Shown piece by piece: positions 9,887-15,996 of a stretch of 64,000 bases of DNA. The position numbers and the translations under genes are program-made. This DNA is from Bradymonadia bacterium (lineage in GTDB: Bacteria > Myxococcota_A > Bradymonadia > UBA7976 > UBA1532), in assembly GCA_046290225.1 (NCBI GenBank), contig JBKAGE010000037.1:64001-128000 (forward strand), written 5' to 3'. The first letter of the stretch is position 1; every line of letters starts with the position of its first letter. A model generated the notes under the pieces. It made no database searches, had not been told where the DNA came from, and saw nothing but the letters and a program-made list of their open reading frames with translations.

Positions 9887-11107
9887 GAAGGCGCCGCCGC
9901 CGGCCCAACCGGTGACCTCGGTTACCCCGGTTGAGTCCTCGCCCGCCACGATCCCGCTCAGCCGGGGCAGGATGTGCGTCTCCCATTGCGGCCCCTGCTC
10001 CATGATCACCCAACGTCGGCCCATCTTGTGGGCCACCGCCGCCGTGGTGCCCGAGCCACCAAAGGCGTCGAGCACCCAGTCACCTGGGGCTGTCGCCAGC
10101 TCCAGCAGAGACATCAAGAGGCGCTCGGGCTTCTTCCCTGCTCTGAACGGCACACCACCCTCATGACGGCAGTTGCCGAAGGCCCGGGCCATGTCGATCA
10201 AGTTCGATACGGGCCGTACACGCCCCACGTGCTCACCCTGCTCGAGGGCATGGCGGACCGCCTCGGGCACCCCCTGAAAATAGCGCCCTCGCACAGCCCC
10301 TTGCCGTCGAGGCCCCGCGAAGACTCGCCACGGCAGCCCGTCCTCCCCGATGCCCTCTACACGGTAGACAGCACCCAGACCGTCGAGCGCCACCCGGCCC
10401 ATGAGGTGATCGCGAAAGAACCGCCCTGACGAGTTGCCGTCGAGCACGGCCCCCGACGCCCAAACCTCTTTCAGGCCATCGATCCCCGGCGGTCCTCGGC
10501 GAGCGTGGTGATCTTCAGGACGAAAGATCTGCACCCGCCGCCCGCCGAGCTCGATCTCTGCCGAGGGGGCCGACCACTCGAAGCGCCAGACGAACCGAGA
10601 CAGATCATAGGGCTCTTGAGGGCGATAGAGGCGGGGGCTCTGCACCCCATACCCGTGCACGTGCTCGATCAGATTGTGGAAAGGCCGGTCTTCAGTGAGG
10701 GTCTTCTGTGGTGATCTCACCTGCACATAGAGCGTGACGAGGTGATGCTGACGGCCGAACACCTCGTCCATCAGCACCTTGAGGTAGGCGCTCTCGGCGT
10801 CGTCGATGTGGGCCCACACGACTGCATCAGGGGCCAGCAACGGCACCAATGCCTCGAGGCAGTCCCGCATCTCCGCCCGCCAGACCTCCGAGTCGAGATC
10901 GTCATCGTAGTGTGCTCGCCGAACTCTGCCGTTGTACGGCGGATCGAGATAGGCACACTTCACCCGACCTGCCAGAGGCCCACGGGCGAGGGCCCGCATG
11001 CTCGCCACGCAGTCCCCCACCATCAGCCGGCCTGTGGGCGCCCCCTCGCCCACCTGCGCCACCGATGGCCCCCAGCCTGCATCTTCAGTGCTCGCGTCCA
11101 TGCCCAC
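9713..11107 (-). CDS. Orphan N6/N4 DNA methyltransferase, beta class (type III Mod-like)
   Basis: YLDPPYN catalytic motif N-terminal; KKPERLL and VLDAFGGSGTTAAVAHKMGRRW SAM-binding motif C-terminal; no res gene nearby. Confidence 0.88.
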   Translation of the reverse strand: MGMDASTEDAGWGPSVAQVGEGAPTGRLMVGDCVASMRALARGPLAGRVKCAYLDPPYNGRVRRAHYDDDLDSEVWRAEMRDCLEALVPLLAPDAVVWAHIDDAESAYLKVLMDEVFGRQHHLVTLYVQVRSPQKTLTEDRPFHNLIEHVHGYGVQSPRLYRPQEPYDLSRFVWRFEWSAPSAEIELGGRRVQIFRPEDHHARRGPPGIDGLKEVWASGAVLDGNSSGRFFRDHLMGRVALDGLGAVYRVEGIGEDGLPWRVFAGPRRQGAVRGRYFQGVPEAVRHALEQGEHVGRVRPVSNLIDMARAFGNCRHEGGVPFRAGKKPERLLMSLLELATAPGDWVLDAFGGSGTTAAVAHKMGRRWVIMEQGPQWETHILPRLSGIVAGEDSTGVTEVTGWAGGGAFSVHSLGCVEAAAGLSSEPGAGGQCGGEGGEHPGDGRAAPGAQLGDQPPRIEGEPGDA

Positions 11108-11164
11108 ACGATGGTACAGGCTCAGCGAGCAAGCCAGTTCTCACCTCTGGAGCCCCAGTCAGGC

Positions 11165-11196
11165 TCACAGTTGGCGTCACAGTTGGAGTCACAGTG
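11165..11196 (+). repeat. 12-bp direct repeat TCACAGTTGG(C/A)G, about 2.6 copies
   Basis: tcacagttggcg tcacagttggag tcacagtg between the divergent MTase and nth starts. Confidence 0.8.
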
Positions 11197-11850
11197 AAGC
11201 GCGCCGAAAAAGCGAACCGCATCATCAGCATCCTCGATGAGCTCTTCCCCGAGACCCCCATCCCTCTCGATCACGACGATCCGTACACCTTGTTGGTGGC
11301 GGTGCTGCTCAGCGCTCAGAGCACCGACAAGAAGGTGAACGAGATCACCCCAGCCCTCTTCGCTCGAGCGCGTACCCCCGCAGAGATGGCCGCCCTCGAC
11401 ACCGACGAGATCATCGAGCTGATCAGACAGATCGGTCTGGCACCGACCAAAGGCAAGAACATCAAAGCGCTCAGCGAGATGCTCCTCGAGCGACACGACG
11501 GCGAGGTCCCTCAGAGTCTGGAGGCGCTCGAGGCCCTGCCCGGCGTGGGGCACAAGACCGCCTCGGTGGTGATGAGTCAGGCCTTCGGGGTGCCTGCCTT
11601 CCCAGTGGACACCCACATCCACCGTCTCGCTGCCCGCTGGGGGCTCTCGAACGGCAGCAACGTGGTAAAGACCGAGGCCGACCTCAAGAAGCTGTTTCCC
11701 AAAGCGCGCTGGAACAGCCTTCACCTGCAAATCATCTTCTTCGGCAGGGCCCATTGCCCCGCTCGCGGGCACAACTTGTTGGAATGCCCCATCTGCAGCT
11801 GGGCCGCGACGAAGAAGAGGATCCGCCAGGAGATGGGCCCCGTGATTTGA
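11194..11850 (+). CDS. nth: Endonuclease III
   Basis: LLVAVLLSAQSTDKKVN, HhH motif LPGVGHKTA, FPVDTHIHR, C-terminal Cys cluster; GTG start 11194. Confidence 0.93.
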   Translation: MKRAEKANRIISILDELFPETPIPLDHDDPYTLLVAVLLSAQSTDKKVNEITPALFARARTPAEMAALDTDEIIELIRQIGLAPTKGKNIKALSEMLLERHDGEVPQSLEALEALPGVGHKTASVVMSQAFGVPAFPVDTHIHRLAARWGLSNGSNVVKTEADLKKLFPKARWNSLHLQIIFFGRAHCPARGHNLLECPICSWAATKKRIRQEMGPVI

Positions 11851-11915
11851 TTCCGCGCTATAACAAGCGTCGGCACACGCCATTGTTCAACTCACAACGG
11901 CACTCAAAGGCAGAC

Positions 11916-12740
11916 ATGACCGTGACACAACGGCTGATCTCCCCACTTCTCCTCGGCGCACTCGCGCTTCTCCCTGCGTGCAAGGGCGACGCGCCCACGC
12001 CACCCGCTGGCGCTCAGAAGAGCGCCAAGGGTGCTCAGAAGGGCACCCCGGCGGTGCCCAACCTGGGCAAGCCCGGTGACGGCTTCGACCTGCCCAAGAT
12101 GCGGTCCAGCCTCGACGGCACCTGGATCATCAACCCCCAGTGGGGTCAGCGCATCGACGTGTGGCACCTCGACGGCAGCAAGGCGAAGCTGCTGCGTGGG
12201 GCTCTGGAGCGCGAGGTGGACGCGCTGGTCGACCTGCACGCCCCCTGTCGGATCCGCTTCACCACCAAGGGGGTCAAAGGCGGACCAGACTTCAGCTGGA
12301 CACGTAACTTCGTGCTCGAAGAGGGCAAATTGTTCGCAGGCCAGGCAGCTACGGGCTTGATCCAGGGCGATCGCACCATCGTCTGCGGGCGCCAGGGCAC
12401 CTTCATCAAGCAAGGCGATCAATGCGCCTATCACCCGATGCTCAAGCCCGGGGCCAAAAAGAACGCCAAGGTCCCTGCACCTGTGGCCGCGAAGTGCAGC
12501 CTCGAGGGTCAGTCCTTCGAGGCCCAGGCAGGCAAGGTGAAGGCGAAGCTCACCCGCCGCGGCGAGATCCTGGTGGCAGACGCGGTCCGACCTCTGGAGA
12601 AGATGCCGAGCTTCGAGGCTGCGAAGACGCGCTTCAGGCAAGCAAGCATGCGCCGACCCGGTGAAGCCCTGGAGCCGATCAAGGGCAGGGTGGAAGACAT
12701 GAAGCCGCCGACCCCCGCACCGAGCAGTCAACCGCAATGA
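11916..12740 (+). CDS. Lipoprotein of unknown function
   Basis: MTVTQRLISPLLLGALALLPAC lipobox; basic, with several Cys. Confidence 0.72.
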   Translation: MTVTQRLISPLLLGALALLPACKGDAPTPPAGAQKSAKGAQKGTPAVPNLGKPGDGFDLPKMRSSLDGTWIINPQWGQRIDVWHLDGSKAKLLRGALEREVDALVDLHAPCRIRFTTKGVKGGPDFSWTRNFVLEEGKLFAGQAATGLIQGDRTIVCGRQGTFIKQGDQCAYHPMLKPGAKKNAKVPAPVAAKCSLEGQSFEAQAGKVKAKLTRRGEILVADAVRPLEKMPSFEAAKTRFRQASMRRPGEALEPIKGRVEDMKPPTPAPSSQPQ

Positions 12741-12892
12741 CGGCCATTCTTCGGGCCATCTGAGCACCCCCGATACATCGTCAGTTGCAGGTGCCCTTCC
12801 GCCGAATCGTCGGAGCACATCTAAAAAAGCTGACAGCGCCCTTCGTGTCCACTAGACACATACTATCGTTCACACACGAAGAGAGCATCCTC

Positions 12893-13249
12893 ATGCGCAT
12901 CCTCGTCGCTGGCGCTGTCGGTTGGACTGATCGCGAAGTCATTCATCGTGAGCTGAGTTGTTGCCCTGAGGCCACCCACATCATCACGGGTGATGCTCCG
13001 GGGGCTGACGCCCTCGCCGAAGAGGTGGGGCAAGGCCTCGGCTTCAGCGTGCAGCGGATGCACAAAAACAAGAAGGATTATGAGCGGTATGGCCGCGGCG
13101 CATGGAAAGGGCTCAATGAGCGCATGCTGGCTCAAGGGCCTGATCGAGTGCTCATTTTCCACCCGGCCATCGAGAAGAGCCGCGGCAGCAAGCACATGGG
13201 CAAGATCGCAGAAGCAGCGGGGGTAGAGGTGCAGGTGTTCAGCGGCTGA
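12893..13249 (+). CDS. SLOG-superfamily protein (DUF2493/YspA-like)
   Basis: MRILVAG, IITGDAPGADALAE, NERML, VLIFH and SRGSKHM motifs; convergent with the tRNA array. Confidence 0.8.
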   Translation: MRILVAGAVGWTDREVIHRELSCCPEATHIITGDAPGADALAEEVGQGLGFSVQRMHKNKKDYERYGRGAWKGLNERMLAQGPDRVLIFHPAIEKSRGSKHMGKIAEAAGVEVQVFSG

Positions 13250-13269
13250 TCACCTGCACCTCTACGTCG

Positions 13270-13353
13270 TACCGGAGGTCGGAGTCGAACCGACAAGGCC
13301 ATCACAGCCAACCTGGTTTGAGCAGGCCGCGTTTACCATTTCGCCACTCCGGC
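13270..13353 (-). tRNA. tRNA-Leu(CAA), class II
   Basis: Acceptor GCCGGAG/CTCCGGT, A73; anticodon arm GCCTG-CTCAAAC-CAGGT; long V arm; T arm GTCGG-TTCGACT-CCGAC. Confidence 0.93.
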
Positions 13354-13406
13354 AAAAGACACCTCGCCTCTCTGAGAGAGACGAGGCGCCCCGCCCCTGA
13401 TCGTGC

Positions 13407-13467
13407 ACGCCATGGATGAGGCTCGAACTGACACAGCCAGATCGTGCTCTGCACTCGCCACGGCGCA
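13407..13467 (-). pseudogene. Possible degenerate tRNA remnant (acceptor plus T-arm-like)
   Basis: GCCGTGG...CCATGGC outer stem and imperfect GTCAG-TTCGAGC-CTCAT arm; no anticodon arm. Confidence 0.35.
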
Positions 13468-13471
13468 TATG

Positions 13472-13558
13472 CGGAAGAGGAGGGAGTCGAACCCCCAAGG
13501 CTTTTCACAGCTCGACCGGGTTCAAACCGGCTGCCGTCACCTGTCGGCTTGCTCTTCC
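13472..13558 (-). tRNA. tRNA-Ser(UGA), class II
   Basis: Acceptor GGAAGAG/CTCTTCC, G73; GCCGG-TTTGAAC-CCGGT; T loop TTCGACT; C at position 8. Confidence 0.92.
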
Positions 13559-13585
13559 AGTTGGGCTACGGTGCTCCGGCTTTTG

Positions 13586-13756
13586 GCTCCGGTGCTCCGG
13601 CCTCATCGCCCGCCATCAGGGCGGCGATCTGGCGCCCAGATGCGGCGCTCCGATCCTCGACGTAGCCTCTGGCTACGCCTGCGGTCGGAACACCACATCT
13701 GAACACCACCTCACCACCCTGCTGACGAGCGCTGCGACCTCCGCACCTCCGCGTGC
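13586..13756 (-). repeat. Structured hairpin repeat, copy A
   Basis: Minus strand reads CGGAGG...long G.T-rich hairpin...CCGCAGGCGTAGCCAGAGGCTACGTCGAGG...GCCGGAGCACCGGAGC; motifs shared with copies B and C. Confidence 0.85.
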
Positions 13757-13832
13757 CCGGCCTGATGTTGGCTCCAGTTTTGTGTTGCTGGAGCCCACGT
13801 TAATCTGGGCCCGTGGACCCTTTGGCTTGTCG

Positions 13833-13917
13833 TGGATGGGGAGGGAATCGAACCCCCGGGGTGCGTACGCACGGCGGGACTACAAGCCGCCCCGGCCCCC
13901 TACCGGTCTACCCATCC
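13833..13917 (-). tRNA. tRNA-Tyr(GUA), class II, atypical (C31.C39 mismatch, G37)
   Basis: Acceptor GGATGGG/CCCATCC, A73; GCGGC-TTGTAGT-CCCGC; V arm GTGCGTACGCAC; T loop TTCGATT. Confidence 0.82.
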
Positions 13918-14016
13918 AAAAATGTTCGCCCACAGGGGCTCGGCAGCTCGTCGATGGGTGAGCACCGCGCATGTGCACTCGATCACCAACCAGACGCTGA
14001 GCCCCTGGGCAAAATG

Positions 14017-14101
14017 TGGACAGGGAGGGAGTCGAACCCACGGGGTGCGTACGCACAGCGGATTTACAGTCCGCTCCGGCCCCCCACCGGACTACCTGTC
14101 C
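14017..14101 (-). tRNA. tRNA-Tyr(GUA), class II
   Basis: Acceptor GGACAGG/CCTGTCC, A73; GCGGA-CTGTAAA-TCCGC; V arm GTGCGTACGCAC; one U.U mismatch in the T stem. Confidence 0.88.
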
Positions 14102-14149
14102 AAAAGGCGCTCATTCACAGGGGTCGAATGACCCCACTCGAACCCAAAG

Positions 14150-14326
14150 CACATATGTACTTGCCCCGCGGAGGCTCTGGGGCTCGGTGGCTGGCCGGTG
14201 AGTGAGTGTGCAGTCGTGGTGGCAAAAGCGCAGGCGTGGCCGGAGGCCCCGTCGAGCATTTTGACGCCGCGAAAGTACGCTCAATCGCCGGCCAGACGCC
14301 GGGCCCCAGAGCCGGAGCGCCGGAGC
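14150..14326 (+). repeat. Structured hairpin repeat, copy B
   Basis: CACATATGTACTTGCCCCGCGGAGGC...hairpin...GCGCAGGCGTGGCCGGAGGCCCCGTCGAGC...GCCGGAGCGCCGGAGC. Confidence 0.85.
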
Positions 14327-14334
14327 AAAAAGTG

Positions 14335-14422
14335 CGGAGGCGGAGGGATTCGAACCCCCACGACCCTTGCGGGCCCTACCAAGGTAGCAACCTGGCCTCT
14401 TCACCAATTTGAGTACGCCTCC
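14335..14422 (-). tRNA. tRNA-Ser(GCU), class II
   Basis: Acceptor GGAGGCG/CGCCTCC, G73; CCAGG-TTGCTAC-CTTGG; V arm GGCCC-GCAA-GGGTC. Confidence 0.93.
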
Positions 14423-14449
14423 ACACAAGGCTGAGCTGTCACGCATCAG

Positions 14450-14534
14450 TGCCGCGAGCCGGATTCGAACCGGCACGACCAAAGGCGGTCCCCGGGCTCT
14501 CAACCCGGTGTGTCTTCCGTTCCACCACCACGGC
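14450..14534 (-). tRNA. tRNA-Leu(GAG), class II
   Basis: Acceptor GCCGTGG/TCGCGGC, A73; CCGGG-TTGAGAG-CCCGG; V arm GACC..GGTC; GCCGG-TTCGAAT-CCGGC. Confidence 0.92.
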
Positions 14535-14543
14535 AAAAATCAG

Positions 14544-14630
14544 CGGAAGAGGAGGGAGTCGAACCCCCAAGGCCCTTTCGAGCTCACCCGTATTCGAAAC
14601 GGGCGCCATCACCCATTGGCTTGCTCTTCC
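14544..14630 (-). tRNA. tRNA-Ser(CGA), class II
   Basis: Acceptor GGAAGAG/CTCTTCC, G73; CCCGT-TTCGAAT-ACGGG; close paralog of Ser(UGA); C8. Confidence 0.92.
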
Positions 14631-14663
14631 GTATGGCTCCAGAGCTTCAGCCATGGAGCACTG

Positions 14664-14748
14664 TGGACAAGGAGAGAGTCGAACTCCCGAGGTGCGTACG
14701 CACGACGCGTTTACAGCGCGCTCCGGTCCCCTACCGGCCTACCTGTCC
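14664..14748 (-). tRNA. tRNA-Tyr(GUA), class II
   Basis: Acceptor GGACAGG/CTTGTCC, A73; GCGCG-CTGTAAA-CGCGT; V arm GTGCGTACGCAC. Confidence 0.88.
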
Positions 14749-14756
14749 TCAAAATG

Positions 14757-14845
14757 CGGAAGCGGCGGGAGTCGAACCCGCAGTGCCTTTCACGGCACAC
14801 CTGTTTTCCGGACAGGCGCGGCGAACCGATATCCGCCTCGCTTCC
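14757..14845 (-). tRNA. tRNA-Ser(GGA), class II, atypical (A8, C33)
   Basis: Acceptor GGAAGCG/CGCTTCC, G73; CCTGT-CCGGAAA-ACAGG; V arm GTGCC-GTGAAA-GGCAC; all stems perfectly paired. Confidence 0.87.
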
Positions 14846-14983
14846 AAACATCACACACATGTATCCCACCAGCATGCCGACGCAATACAACCATCTCATC
14901 AACACGCAACATGAAGACGCGATACACACGTGTATCAAACGGCACGCACCTACCATCGCCGCCAGAGATCAGAAGTCAGGAAG

Positions 14984-15067
14984 TGCCCGGGGTGAGATTC
15001 GAACTCACACGTCCTCACGGACACCGGCTTCTGAGGCCGGCGCGTCTACCAGTTCCGCCACCCGGGC
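14984..15067 (-). tRNA. tRNA-Leu(CAG), class II; first gene of the array
   Basis: Acceptor GCCCGGG/CCCGGGC, A73; CCGGC-CTCAGAA-GCCGG; V arm GTCC-GTGA-GGAC. Confidence 0.95.
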
Positions 15068-15174
15068 ATATGGATCCCCAGCGACGATGGCAGGCACGGC
15101 ACATCGTGAGCACACACCCACAATGCTTTTATTTTCTAAGGCTTATGTGCCCTCACGAGCATCAACCGAGGCAC

Positions 15175-15209
15175 AAAAAAAGCCCCTCGGCAGATGCCTG
15201 AGGGGCTTT
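15175..15209 (-). terminator. Intrinsic terminator (attenuator) upstream of the tRNA array
   Basis: AAAGCCCCTC-AGGCATCTGCC-GAGGGGC followed by T7. Confidence 0.92.
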
Positions 15210-15247
15210 CGTGCGAAGACCGGCAGGCCTCAGCTCGAACTCCCCTC
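15200..15247 (-). promoter_or_regulatory. Antiterminator hairpin overlapping the leader stop codon and the terminator 5' arm
   Basis: GAGGGGAGTTCGAGCTGAGGCC-TGCC-GGTCTTCGCACGAAAGCCCCTC: 18 of 22 positions pair (2 are G.U), sequestering the terminator's AAAGCCCCTC arm. Confidence 0.82.
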
Positions 15248-15337
15248 GAGGGCACTCAGAAGCAACGACGCGCAATAAGACAGGCGCAAGTCGAGGCTTG
15301 AGAGGCGAGAGTTGGAGGTGTTCGAGATGAAGTGCAT
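15230..15337 (-). CDS. Ser/Leu/Tyr-rich leader peptide, 35 aa (MHFISNTSNSRLSSLDLRLSYCASLLLSALEGSSS)
   Basis: AAGGGA RBS 8 nt before the ATG; 11 Ser, 8 Leu and 1 Tyr codons; lies between the promoter and terminator; below the ORF-track size cut-off. Confidence 0.85.
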   Translation of the reverse strand: MHFISNTSNSRLSSLDLRLSYCASLLLSALEGSSS

Positions 15338-15365
15338 GAGAACTATCCCTTGTTGAGTGACTCGA

Positions 15366-15394
15366 AAGGTAGCGGCATAGTCTGACTGTGTCAA
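15366..15394 (-). promoter_or_regulatory. Sigma70-type promoter of the leader/tRNA operon
   Basis: TTGACA-N17-TACCTT with an A/T-rich UP-like tract upstream; predicted start ~15359. Confidence 0.85.
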
Positions 15395-15477
15395 AGACAT
15401 TTTTCACATGACAGTCATTTTTCTATTTCGGCCCACTCTGAGCACACCGACAGTCAGCCACTCGGGCTGTAGTATCC

Positions 15478-15996
15478 TCAGGGGACCCATATCTCCTCCC
15501 GGATCGCCCAGCGCTCGTGATCACGCCATGCACCATCCAAAAAGAGGTAGCTCTTGGAGTAGCCCTCACGCTCGAAGCCCACCCGCTTCACGAGCTGAAT
15601 CGATCGCATGTTCTCGGGCCGGATGTTGGCCTCAAGACGGTGCAAGCCGATGCGAGAAAACGCCCACTCCAGACAGCTGTGCATCCCCTCCTCCATCTTC
15701 CCTGAACCCGCATGGGGCAAGAAGGCGCCGTAACCCATGTACGCGCTGCGGAACAGGCCCATGGAGATCTGGCTGAGGTTGAACACCCCCGCGGGCTCCC
15801 CTGAGGCCTGATCGATCAACACAAGAGTGCGAAAGGCATCGCTCTGCCGATCGATGAGCAGCTGGAACGCCTCTACCGTACGCGCCGTAGAAAACCAGGG
15901 CCCGTGCAGGGAGACACTGGCCTGCGCCGCCGCGATGAACGCCATCTCGTCTTCAGGCACCAATGGTCGGAGTAGAGTTCTTGCGCTCGAGATCAA
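15478..15996 (-). CDS. RimJ/RimL-family GNAT N-acetyltransferase (second paralog)
   Basis: FRSAYMGY...GSGKMEEG, LHRLEANIRPENMRS and GFEREGYSKSYL.LDGAWRDH; TTG start 15996 after GGAGG. Confidence 0.88.
   Translation of the reverse strand: MISSARTLLRPLVPEDEMAFIAAAQASVSLHGPWFSTARTVEAFQLLIDRQSDAFRTLVLIDQASGEPAGVFNLSQISMGLFRSAYMGYGAFLPHAGSGKMEEGMHSCLEWAFSRIGLHRLEANIRPENMRSIQLVKRVGFEREGYSKSYLFLDGAWRDHERWAIREEIWVP

Noticed and set aside
9713..11107. Complete type III restriction-modification system
   Set aside because: No Res helicase/nuclease gene is adjacent.
13472..13558. Possible tRNA-Sec (TTCAAA visible on the + strand)
   Set aside because: The gene is on the minus strand, so the anticodon is UGA (Ser); it has a 7/5 acceptor/T fold, not the 8/5 Sec fold.
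13833..13917. Possible amber suppressor or pyrrolysine tRNA
   Set aside because: The loop is centred on GUA in either stem register, and the body matches the other two tRNA-Tyr genes.
13580..14332. 22-bp inverted repeats (13580-13601 and 14311-14332) as ends of a MITE or invertible segment carrying two tRNA-Tyr genes
   Set aside because: They are the 3' ends of hairpin-repeat copies A and B in opposite orientation; the same motif ends copy C at 18655-18669.
15175..15360. T-box riboswitch as the control element
   Set aside because: No UGGN-ACC antiterminator bulge or recognisable stem I motifs; an RBS-led uORF overlapping the antiterminator explains the layout better.
13262..15407. ORF-track entries across the tRNA array (e.g. 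14409-15278, 14449-15201, 15162-15407)
   Set aside because: They overlap well-formed tRNAs or the promoter/terminator and give repetitive translations of T-arm sequence; the plausible coding element is the 35-codon leader in another frame.
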